The translations under genes were made by a program, and so were the position numbers. From assembly GCA_030704615.1 (NCBI GenBank), contig CM060732.1, positions 40,362,001 to 40,426,000 on the forward strand: a stretch of DNA of 64,000 nucleotides, in the 5' to 3' direction. Below, one piece after another: positions 12,960 to 24,380 of the stretch. Under the pieces are notes generated by a model, which searched no databases, was not told where the DNA came from, and saw nothing but the letters and a program-made list of their open reading frames with translations. This stretch comes from Takakia lepidozioides. Taxonomy: Eukaryota; Plantae; Bryophyta. Numbering within the stretch: the first letter of the stretch is position 1; each line of letters begins with the position of its first letter.

Positions 12960-14300
12960 CTATCCAATGCAATGTGGACATAACCAATCCCCCCGGAACC
13001 ATCTCAAGAGGTGGAGTCAAGCATCCCATATGCCAACCTCTAGAGCACGATCACATACCAGCATGGTGGCTGCCCCTTTAGCAGACCCACACAACATGCA
13101 CCTCAAACCTGCAGATACCACTGCCAGGTTTGGGTCAATCCTGCCATCGACATTCGGAAGGTGACATGGCGCACAATTACGCACATGGTCCTTCCAAGTT
13201 ATGCCATCCCGACCCTCCAAGACCAAGACGCCTGAGGGCAAGACCTCTCGAACCCTCAAAATAACACGTCCTGCAGTCACATCCAGGGTCGTAGGAGCAG
13301 TCTGCTGCAGATAGACATAGTCACCAGGGTTGAATCTCCGAACCCCAGGACGATAGCCCCACCACGTATGGTAGCATACCTCAACGTATCACGGTGTTGT
13401 GCAATGGCAAGGTTCTCGAAAGCCATGGGCATGACTCTCTTGAACAACTCTGCACGCTGCTCACATGCACGTGCCCACACGTCCGGATCGTCAAGGTTAA
13501 GAACTGTAGCAGCTTCTCTGCGAATGGATGTAGGCAAATCCGGCTCTCGGCCAAAGAGAAGAAAGTATGGTGAGAAGAGGCAAGTGATGCTTGCTTGCTG
13601 AACCTGTAGCCCATGGCTAACCAGGGTAACTGAAGGTCCCAATCTCCTAGGTGTCCCTTCTGCAAGCCATACTTGCGCAAACCCCTCTTTACTGTCTGAA
13701 CAACTCTCTCTGCCAAGCCATCGCTTCAGGATGATCCCGAGAAGTGGTGCGGTGGTCTATCAAGGCTTTGTCACACAAAGCCTGAAACTCCCCCAAGAAC
13801 TCTCTCTCCCTTGGTCCGTGAGTACCTCAGCTGGAGCACCGAATCGGCTAAGCACACAATCCAGGAATGCATACGCAGCTCCCTCACTAGCCTTATCAGG
13901 CAATGGAACCAATTCAATCCACTTGGAGAAGTGCTCCACCATCACCAACACGTACTTGTTGTGGCGCATGGTCAGTGGCAACGGCCCTGCGAAGTCAAGA
14001 CTCCACCTGTAGCCCAATCCCATGATCGGAAGAGGGTGCAATTGTGGAGTAGGGGCGTTGAATGAAGCACGCACCCTGTCACACACCATGCACCTAGCCA
14101 CAAATTGTTGCACCTCTGTGTGCATACCACGCCACCAATACTGCCCCTGCAGTAGACTATGAGTGCGTCGCACCCCAAAATGCCCCAACTCCTCATGGGC
14201 ATGCCGCACACTAACCGTGCCCGCTGTGTTGGGTGAGGCACAATCCTCACTCGACCATCCTCCCACACTCGGAGCAGGTGTGTCCCCTCCCACCTGAACC
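12960..14300 (-). pseudogene. Integrase (HHCC + DDE) with C-terminal PHD finger, element C
   Basis: HEELGHFG..CMVC; WSLDFAGP, LTDQG, AERVVQT; PHD CMLC..MLVCD..GWHMGCLTPPL..GDWLCPHC (frameshifted). Confidence 0.92.
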
Positions 14301-14459
14301 TCTTGGCTCGTTGTAGGATCCGATCCCTCTCCTTGGCAGTCATAGTGGCTGCCGTGTCTCCACTGCGGAGGTAGTCCAACACAACTGAATCCTCATGTAT
14401 ATCTTTGGCGCCACCCTGCTCATTGCTGGCCTCAGGGTCCTCAGACACTTGATCTACAG

Positions 14460-15990
14460 TCATCCCTGTTGTAGGTCCAACCTGGCCTTCCGCTGCCAAG
14501 ATACACAGAAATGCAGATGCATGCCATCCGGCACCATCTCCTCGTCCGTCTCACCATGCCACCGAGCTCCAGTGTCATCCTGCTGGCTCGTGCATGGATT
14601 GCGACTCAACCCATCTGCATTTCGATTGACCAAACCCGGTCGATGCACCACCTGAAAGTCATACTCTTGAAGGATGAGTGCCCACCGTGCAAGCTTCCCC
14701 GTAAGCTTGTCTGACTCCATCAACCACTTGAGTGGTTGGTGATCCGTGACAAGGGTGAAGAGATTGCCGTATAGATAGCACCTGAAGTGTGCCACGGCCC
14801 ACACTGCAGCTAAGCATTCTCCCTCATATGAGCTATACTTAGACTCTGCAGCATTGTTCGAGCGACTAGCATAAGCCACTACGAACTCTCTTCCCTCATC
14901 ATCCACCTGTGTGAGCACCGCTCCAAGCCCCAGCATGCTCCAATCTGTATGCAGCTGAAAAGGACGCCCCCTGATAGGTCGTCTCAAGATGGGCGCCGAG
15001 GTCAACCTCGCCTTGAGCTCTTGAAAAGCTTGTTCTTGCTCATCTTCCCACTGCCACTCCTGGTCCACCTTGGTCAGCTTGGTTAGAGCCTTTGCAATGG
15101 CACTAAATCCCTTAACAACCGTCTGTAATAGTTTGCTAACCCCATGAAAGCTCGAACTCGGCTCACATCCGTGGGGCGTGGAACCTGTGCAATGGACTCT
15201 ACCTTAGTCTGCTGTACCCCCAATCCTCCAGGATATATCATGTGACCCAGATACTCAATCTGGTTGTGGAAAAACTTGCACTTGCCCGGATGTAACTTCA
15301 ATCCGTGCGTCCTCAAGCGCTCAAATACCCCCTGAAGGTGTCTCTCATGCTCCTCCACCGTAGCACTAAAGATGATGATGTCATCTATGTAGCACCGAGC
15401 AAACTCCACCCCTGCTAGAATCCTGTCCATGACTCTTTGAAACTCAGCGGGAGCGTTTTTAGCCCAAATGGTAAGAACCGCCACTGGTATAGGCAATCCT
15501 TCCCGTGCTCATTGATCCCCCAGAATGCCGTCTTTTGCTTATCCGCCTCCTTGATCGGCAACTGGTGATATCCGGATCGTAAATCCAACGTGCTAAAGAC
15601 CTTGGAATGCCCAATGGCATCAAAGATCTCCTCTGGTGTTGGCATGGCATACCTATCGGACTTGGTCTGACGATTTACAGGCCGGTAATCACCGCACATA
15701 CGTCTCTCCGTCCAATTGCCATAGACATCCTTCTTAGCTGGCATCACTGTGGCTGAAGCATACTCTCCACCAGAGAGCTCCACCAACCTGCCTCCCAGAG
15801 ATCTTGAGTCCTCATCTGAATCAAAGACCTCTCCATGTCACTGTATCTATAGGGTCTCCGAAAGATTGGCGTGTCAGTGGCCAACTCAATACGGATCTCT
15901 TGACCCTTCAGTGCTCCCAAGTCCTTCAAACTGAAGGCAAAGCAATTCCTGTAAGCCCTCAGGAACCGCCGTATACGTCGTCTCTCTCCT
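14460..15990 (-). pseudogene. Reverse transcriptase and RNase H, element C
   Basis: [44 protein letters not shown]; RNase H LHTDWSMLGLGAVL, YEGECLAAVWA, VTDHQPL. Confidence 0.95.
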
Positions 15991-16379
15991 CCGGTGACAA
16001 TGGGTCCAATGTCAGGCTCCCAATTGTCCTCCGTAACTGCAACCTTAAGTCCAGTGGGCTTAGAGGTAGAGGACGCGTCCCGTGGTTGCTATGCTGCAAC
16101 CTCTTGAGCAGTACCCCCTTCCTGCTCAGTCAATGACAAGGCCTCATCCTGCCCCATCATCTCATCATTGAGAACCTCCTCATCCCGAGAAGAATCCCCA
16201 ACCTCATCCATCACAGCTGCCTTCGCTGCCAACTCCCTCTGAACCTCGAGCACCTCCCACATGTGCCATGGATGTCTACACCTCGTGGTCCTCACCGCTC
16301 GCCCCCACTCGCTGCCTGTACCGTCTCGGTAGGCAGAGAGACCGTCAAGGGAAGTGCACTCCGCACTCTACGTTGCTCA

Positions 16380-17335
16380 GCCATAGCCAAGCTGACAATC
16401 CAGGTCAAGCAATTGAGATCCATTGCTTGCCCCAACACCTGACGACGTGATGCCTCAGAAAGAGAAGGCACCGCCGTGGTCCCAGTGGAAACCCCATAGC
16501 CCGCTCTCGCTCGTCGGCATTAGGCTCCACTAACTGCTGCAACTGAGCATCCCACAGGAGGCCAGGTCCACCATCCCGAAAAGCATGGGATCCTGGGAAG
16601 CTGAGCAGTGTAGGTAATGCTGCTCGTGGTTGACCCACCCTGTTGACCACTGCCAAAGGCGAACGGTCATCGTGTCTCACACGTTGAGACTGCCTTCCTG
16701 TGTCCAAAATGCCATCCACGGTGAGGTGTGCTGGCCGCTGCACCCCATCAAATGCACGCTTGAGCAGTGCGGGTGGCATCAAGTTAGTCCACCATAGTCG
16801 TGGACGATGAGCCCGTGACCCCACTGCAGCTGCATCCAGCAACACTGCTGACCCAAGCCACGACCGGACTTGATGCACACTGGCCATGGCCCGAGAATCA
16901 CCCATCAGTGGTACATTCTCCAAGATGTATGCTGGAGATACAGCTTGATGAAGCTGCAAGCAACGCAAAATCCGCACCATCTCCCAAAACAGACCCGTCC
17001 TCGAGTCTCGCAATCCATTGCCATGCCGGCTGATGAATGCCCTTGGCAGGGCCAACCTGCCACTATCAGATCAATGGAGCCAACCTGCTCCAAATCTTGC
17101 GCCCCCAACAACAAATGTCTGCTGGCAAGGCTTGTTGGTATCCACGAACTGCAGACACAGGCAACAAGTCAGGGTACTGCTGTACCAACTGAGCCACATG
17201 GCGCAGTGAGACGCGTCGTGCAGTCTCATCCCTCTCCACATACAGGTAACGCCTTACCCGCACACCTGCCTGTAGCACAGCAGCCAATCCGGTGCTGATC
17301 CCGCCAAACAAGTCCAGAAGGCAAATGCCTTCATC
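16380..17335 (-). pseudogene. C5 cytosine DNA methyltransferase domain (DNMT3-like) within pol of element C
   Basis: Motifs in canonical order: I LLDLFGGISTG, II YVERD, III PADI, IV DLIVAGWPCQ, V GLF, VI YILENV, VIII AHRPRLWWTNL, IX ERERAMGFP, X RRQVLGQAM; split over several frames. Confidence 0.93.
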
Positions 17336-17683
17336 CGCTGCCACACAAGAGGTGTGGTGTCCAATGGCGACAACTGAGGTGGCCCTGGTGCAATCACCGC
17401 ACTCTCCTCCTCTCCTGACGGTACAAAAGCTTCTTCCCAAGCTTGTTGCACCCGTCCATCAGCAGCTTGCTGCAAATCTTTGCTCGTACCCCACAACGGA
17501 GTGTGAGCAACCATGGCAGGCAACTCCGCCGTACCATGCATGTCATCCTGCTCTGCTGGAGGTGGCACATCCTCTGCATGGCATTGCCTTCCAGCAACTC
17601 TCCAGGCCAACTAACGGCAGCTGTGAAGGCGGCTAGTGTTGGCATCTTGCCCCGCTGGGCAGCTGCAATACCCCCAATGAATG

Positions 17684-18090
17684 TCACAGGGAGCTGTGCA
17701 CGGCGACCATCCCTGACTGCCATCCAGGCCTGTAGGATGCTGACTCCTCCCAGAAATCCAGGGTGAAGCCCATGGGGTATAACACTGCCCCACCAACGAG
17801 GACATCGTAAGAGACCGCGTCTGTCACAATGGCCTTGGCTCGCATCACTGAGCCATCTACAGGATGATCCGGCTGCAGTCTAATAGCCAACTGATGCGTG
17901 TCATGCCGCGAGCCTGCTCTGATCCTCCCAGAGATGTCTGTATCTGGAAAGGACAAGGCTCCATATCCGCCTCCATGAGGCCCAAACCTGCAATAGCAGC
18001 TCTGCCCAACATCAGTGGCTGAGCTCCTGAGTCCAACAAGACCCGCAGTGGCCGGTACTTCTTGCCTGCCGGTCCACTCAAAGTGAAAAT
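17684..18090 (-). pseudogene. Aspartic protease, element C
   Basis: RVLLDSGAQPL active site; YDVLVGG. Confidence 0.85.
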
Positions 18091-18099
18091 CCTCCCTGG

Positions 18100-20264
18100 T
18101 TGTCTAACAAGACAACTCCAGGTGTCACCATGGCGCGCTCAATGGCTGGCCTAGCTGGCAGCTCCTCAACCTGGCAGCTGCAACTTGCCAGGGCGCAGCC
18201 GTGGCAGTCTTGACCCTCAAATCCGAGGATCCCTCTGCCACTACACCTTCCACTAACTCCGCAGAAGATGAAGTGACCTCCCCACTCTCACAGAGTGTTG
18301 CTGCTAGTCTGAACACTGCAGCTGGTCTCACCCCCGGCGTCGCAATCATGTTGCCGAGAACAGTGGGGCCTGACACACAGAGGTGGCTGCCCCCAATAAC
18401 ACACCGGCCGCACTAGCCTTGGCAGCAGGAGTCAATGCTGCACGTGTAGCTCTCCCCAATGGCATAGTAACCTCCGCCGGTAACAGTCGGCGAGAACTAG
18501 GTGCCATGGATGGCGTTGACACAGTCTCCGCCAAGTGAATGACTGAGGAAGCCTTGCCTGACGGCTTGCCTCCCCACGCTGTGGATCCAATTCCACCTCT
18601 GCACCTCGTGGCTCAGGAACTCGTGCTGCTCCTCGAGTCACGGCTGCAGCAGACTCCACCTGCTCTAGTGGTAGTGCTGCTCCGCACATAAATCCCATGC
18701 CTCCCATATCTCCTCCCTCAGGAGCAGGAGGTGGACCATCCCGCCTGGGAGCCGGTACCGCCTGAGCTATAGCCATGGCAGCGAGCCTCTGCTCTAGCTG
18801 CTGAAGCCGGTTGGCCATGCCTTGATCAACGCCCTGACCTCCGCGTCCTTGGCCATGTTGAGCTTGCCCTTGGCCTGCACCTCGTGCCCGACCACCTCGT
18901 CCTCTCTGGGCTGGTCCACCTCGCCCCCGCACCATTGTTCCCTTGGAACTGGCCTGGGCGCAACTCAGGATGCAAGTCATAACACTGGGCATCTCCATGC
19001 CCATACTTGCCACAATGCCCACACTGCAACTGTGCAGGCTGTGCTTGTGCCGGCCTTCTGCCACTCTCTGGGCAATCTCTCTTGACATGGGGTCCTCCAC
19101 ATGTCCAACATATCACCCCTGGTTGCTGTTGGCCTGCAAAAGATGCCACGGGCCTCTGCACCTGAGGTCCCCTGTAAGCTCCATGGAACTTGGGCTGGGC
19201 AACCTTGCCCCCCCCCTGACCACGCTGTTGGGCAGTCCCTTGTGCTTGTGGGCTGACAGCTGTGCCCCGTACAGGCATGTCCTTGCCAAATCCAATTGTA
19301 ACAACTCGCTCCTCCACCATGTTGAGCTCAATCCGCTCAGCAGCAGAAACACATCTGCTAATGTGGGTTGGGCTGCTTGTAACAGGGTTGCATCTCGCAC
19401 CCTTCTCTTGAGCTCCTTGTCCAGAATTCCATACCAAAACTGGATTGCCTGAGCTTCAGTAACCCCTTGGGTCACACTTATCAAGCGCCTCATACGAGTG
19501 TACGCCTCTCGCAGGCTCTCACTGGGTTTGCGCTGGAAGTCTTGCAAACTTCGCAGCTTCTCTGTCCGTACACCTTGGTAGTTCCTCCGCAACTCCTGGA
19601 AGAACTCCACCACCGGGTTGAATCTAGGCACATGTGTTTGTGTGGCAGGAGGAGTAGTAGCACCTTTGAACTGGTACCACCTGCAGAAGTACCAGCACTA
19701 CTGCTCCACTATGTGCTGGCAGTGGGAGCTATTGGTACTGATGCAGCTACTGGTCGCGTCGTGCCTCGAGTAATGGAGACGTAGTCAGGTGACCAATACA
19801 TCCTCCACTCCTCAATCTCTGCTTCATGTCCTCGCCTGAACTCGTGGTAATCGTCCATAGGCGGGCCTTCCAAATGCTGGAACAGTCCCTTCCACGCCAT
19901 GAATGGGGTGAATAGCTGTGGATTGCGCATCTGCTGCAAATCACACCAGCTGTCGAACTCCTGGATAAAGTCATCCAACTCGATTGTGCCCACAGCTCCA
20001 GAGTACCTACGAGGCCTTGGTAGCTCCATACATCTCCTCCATGTCGTCCCACACAATGGCGAATGAAAGTGCACACCTGTTGATGAAGCCTCCGAGTCTG
20101 TGTCTGACTCTACAGTAATTGAGGGTGGCGGTGAAGGTGTCTGAACCGAATACCTCGTCTTGTGAACCCACTCTCACTGTTACTGCCTGTGCCGTACTCC
20201 CCTCAAAACCCTTGGGTAACTCCGTAATGACACTCACAATGTGCACCTCCTCCACGTGACACAT
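18100..20264 (-). pseudogene. gag, element C
   Basis: PRRYSG..LDDFIQEF, QRKPSESLREAYTRM; two zinc knuckles CWTCGGPHVKRDC and CGHCGKYGHGDAQC. Confidence 0.85.
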
Positions 20265-20768
20265 AAGGCTCTAGTACTAATCTAATAGTGACACGGGTGG
20301 GCACCTGTTGCAGTTAAGGGTCATATCCCAATGGCTCAGGGCCCTGCACCTGCATCCACCGCAAGAACTCCTATGGTTGGCTGGTCTCAACCCCGCCTCA
20401 CCATAGAAGAACACTGGTGGTCTTGCTGGTCTCACTCCACCAGCCTCACCACCGACAGCATACTCTAGGATTGACCGTGATCAAATCCGCCTAATCCCTA
20501 TGAAAGCAAGCGCCCACACAAAACCAACATGGCGCACAGTCAAGCATGCAGGTGTTGGGGGGGATCCAAACACAAGAAATCAAAACATCAACACCCCCAC
20601 ACCAAAATCCAGCTGCAATGCTGATCCTGCAGAATATCCCAGCCCAAAACCCCGGGCTGACTGGCCTCCACCAAGAGAGGCTTTGGCAACTACAAGTATA
20701 AGGTAATGAAAATAGTACAGAGATGGAGGGGAAGAATAGAAGCCCGCCCAGCAAGATCTAACCCTGAT

Positions 20769-21605
20769 CTATGCTATCAACTTCCAGACTTCTCTCAAAG
20801 TACCTCGCTCTGCTTGATGGTAAGGTGTAGGAGGTATATCTATGTCCAGAAACCTGCCACTAACCTTGTCCCAAGCTACAGTAGCTCGCTCTAACCAACC
20901 CTCCTCCTCTTTCTGCCAGGTAGAGACAAAGCAACACTCTGCTATCTCCCGCTCACTGAACACTAAAGAAAACAAAGGTAGGGTCTGATAGTCTCTCAAC
21001 TCGAAAGCTTTGAGACGGTTGCGGGTGTCTTCATTGCGAATGACTGCATCGCCTTCAAACAGAACAAACTTGTCCTCGCTAATGAACCCCCGCTCGTGGT
21101 TGCCTTGTGCAGAGCGTGTCCGACTGCAACACTGTCTAATTGCACAAACTTGTGCAGCTCCTGCTCCTCTGCTCCAGTACACCACGGCCTTGTGGCTGAA
21201 CACCTTGGTCCCCGGTGCTGTCTTTGGCTGTGTTCCAAGCCTAGCTTTCACCCACTTTGGTATTTCACCTACAGCTGCAGAACTGCTGGCTCCAACAGAG
21301 TTCTGACTGTCCAAGGCGATATTGAGGCCCTCAATGCCAACTACAGCAGTCTGTTGTCTACTGCTAATGCCTGACTCCCAGTATGCAATCAACTCGTCCA
21401 ACTGTTCTCCACTCAAATCAGTCTGAGTTCCTTGGGAAACATAAATCCTGTCCCCTTGTGTGCACAGGCTAAGAGAAGAGACCTGCCCTTCAATTACGTC
21501 CTCATTTCCCCCAGCCATGCAAGGAGTACATCCACAGGTTTGTCTCTCATATAGGCCAGCACAGGTTCTAGAAACAGGATTGTGGATATTTCGTGGCACA
21601 CTCAC
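20769..21605 (-). CDS. Extra upstream ORF (278 aa) of element C, unknown function
   Basis: Uninterrupted 278 codons, same sense as gag-pol and 5' of gag; no motif recognised; the listed start codon is GTG, so the true start may be a downstream ATG. Confidence 0.55.
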   Translation of the reverse strand: MSVPRNIHNPVSRTCAGLYERQTCGCTPCMAGGNEDVIEGQVSSLSLCTQGDRIYVSQGTQTDLSGEQLDELIAYWESGISSRQQTAVVGIEGLNIALDSQNSVGASSSAAVGEIPKWVKARLGTQPKTAPGTKVFSHKAVVYWSRGAGAAQVCAIRQCCSRTRSAQGNHERGFISEDKFVLFEGDAVIRNEDTRNRLKAFELRDYQTLPLFSLVFSEREIAECCFVSTWQKEEEGWLERATVAWDKVSGRFLDIDIPPTPYHQAERGTLREVWKLIA

Positions 21606-22000
21606 ACTCTAAAAATTCCATAGATTTTTAGCAGAGTCCCAAAAACAGAAACCAGGTCTAGATAGGTAGATTTCCCCTTTCTGCAGCTATCTCCTCAAAA
21701 ACTGTGTCAAACAGAGTTCATTTGCCAAAGATATGACCAATTAGGCTCTAAATCCTTTAACTTAGATCAAAAGGTTTTCTTTTTCTTTTTCTTTTTCTTT
21801 TTCTTTTCAAATTTAAAAATTCAAAGGAAGGTGAGAAGCTCTTTGGAAACTTCCCCTATCCTTACATGCTTTTCCACCTGGGTCATGCTTTCTCCCTGCA
21901 TGGGGTGGAATTTGCATATGCTTATCAGCGTTGGAGAGGGCGGCAAGAGCGGACGTACTGATTGCGGGCGTACAGAGCTGAAGGATGGGCTTTAGGGGCT

Positions 22001-22078
22001 ATGGCGGCTGTCTCAATGCAGGTTGTAGCGGAAGTCTCCTGCTCGACTCTGTGGCAGTCGGGCTTTCTGGCGGGTTCC
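22001..22078 (+). pseudogene. Captured 5' fragment of a host gene, transit-peptide-like
   Basis: [26 protein letters not shown], abutting the RPL8 fragment in the opposite orientation. Confidence 0.4.
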
Positions 22079-22274
22079 AATGTGCAGATGGTTACCACCT
22101 CCATGGGGATGCTCAACAGGGTTCATGGCCACACCCCGCACCTTAGTCCAGCTATTGCGCTTCACCTTGTACTTGTGATATGCACACCTTCAGCATAGTC
22201 TACTCTGTTCGGCCCCTTCCAGCAACCTGCCCTACCATCGCTCGGCATCCGCTTGGTATAACCTTCTTTGCTCC
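22077..22274 (-). pseudogene. RPL8: Captured 60S ribosomal protein L8 (uL2) C-terminal fragment
   Basis: [59 protein letters not shown]. Confidence 0.92.
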
Positions 22275-22343
22275 CTTAGTGAGAAGGATGTATCTTTTGT
22301 GCTCGTTGCATTTCGTGTCCAATTACTCCATCTACGTTGAGGA

Positions 22344-22646
22344 TCAAAGAGAAAGCAACGACACCTGCTCGTCAAGCGAGCACTCAACACAGCACGAAGT
22401 GCGGCAGCGAGCTGGAATGAGCACAAGGCCCAGGCTACGTTGTTCCATAGGCGGGGGCTCCTTCATCACTGATGCAGAGGGGCCAGGAATTTGCCTGAAC
22501 TCCAGAGTGTCATACAAAATTATGTTCCCTTGTTTGTCCAGACAATGAAATTTCTCCACAAACACTCGTCCGTCCTCTACTCCCACACGCAGCCTGCGAT
22601 ACAGAAGCTTCCGCGCCCGCTTCACAATGGGCTTCACCGTCTCCAC
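22344..22646 (-). CDS. NAA38: Captured intronless Sm-like NatC auxiliary subunit (NAA38/Mak31/LSMD1), ORF open
   Basis: RKLLYRRLRVGVEDGRVF..FHCLDKQGNIILYDTLEFR..EQRSLGLVLIPARCRTSCCVECS. Confidence 0.85.
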   Translation of the reverse strand: METVKPIVKRARKLLYRRLRVGVEDGRVFVEKFHCLDKQGNIILYDTLEFRQIPGPSASVMKEPPPMEQRSLGLVLIPARCRTSCCVECSLDEQVSLLSL

Positions 22647-22733
22647 TCCCTGCTCCTCCTGCTTCTCTTCTCTACCTTCTTCTGCTGCAGCCGTCCACTT
22701 TGTTGGAGTAGGATCCCCTCCTCGGGTCGAAGG

Positions 22734-23445
<712 letters not shown>

Positions 23446-23653
23446 GCTTGCTGGATTGCACCGACTCCCTCTTTGTCTATCCTCTTTGTTTATTGCTGCT
23501 ACTTGACCCCATTCTCAGATATAGCCACATGTTGACAAAAATTGCAGCAACATCTCAAGCCTCCCGTTCTGCTCCCCGTGACCAAGCTATATTATAATAG
23601 TGCTTAAAAAACAAAAACATCATATCTAGCTTAGCACTGGAAAACTAGATAGA

Positions 23654-23669
23654 GCTCATCTTTCTCGAG
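23654..23669 (-). promoter_or_regulatory. Non-tRNA primer-binding site of element C, complementary to its own LTR
   Basis: Sense CTCGAGAAAGATGAGC directly after A1; perfect reverse complement at 23853-23868 and 12451-12466. Confidence 0.85.
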
Positions 23670-24018
23670 TGATAGAAAACCAACGAACACACTGGTTACA
23701 CAAAACATGAAAACCAAACCATCACTCTTAGAAAATAGTAGTCGAGCCAGGGGCACCCCAAGCTATGGGGACTCCACCCCACAACAACCTGTACCCCTAC
23801 ATAAGCACACTCAAATCTAAACACATGCAGGAGCTCGGTCGCGCAGGCTCAACTCGAGAAAGATGAGCCGCGCGACTGCCGCTCTCGTGAAGATAAGACG
23901 GACCAGGTGTCAAACTAAACTTGACACCTGATTTAACACGTGACCTAAATCCAAGTGTTAAATACAAATAACTAGTTTTATTCTAGCTGTTTTCACACTG
24001 TGCTTATTTAACTTGACA
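23670..24018 (-). repeat. 5' repeat A1 of element C
   Basis: Copy of 12275-12616; begins TGTCAAG at the TSD. Confidence 0.95.
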
Positions 24019-24380
24019 ATGACTTGAGGGAGGTTTATTTCATGCAGAGCTGTAGTGATACTGTAGGGCGGATTAGAGTCACTTTGACATTGGCCTAGTA
24101 CCTGATAAATCGTAATCTGATACTTATTCGATACAAGCACACTGTGTAGAGAGACATGAGTGAAGCTGTGAATGCACTCCTCCATCCTCACAAGGGGAAA
24201 ATCTATCCCCATGTCCCAAGTGAGACTCGACACTTCATTTGGCATGTGAGACCCAATGAAGTCCCAACACACAAAATATAAATATAAATATTTAAAATGT
24301 CATAGTTAACTAGAAGTAGGTAATTCTAGATAACCATGACTAAAACCATGACAGTAGGGACACTGCTCAAGTCCTTAACA

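Noticed and set aside
16380-17335. Methyltransferase as a host gene or bacterial contaminant
   Set aside because: Intronless, collinear between PR and RT on the same strand, inside a TSD-bounded element in plant DNA
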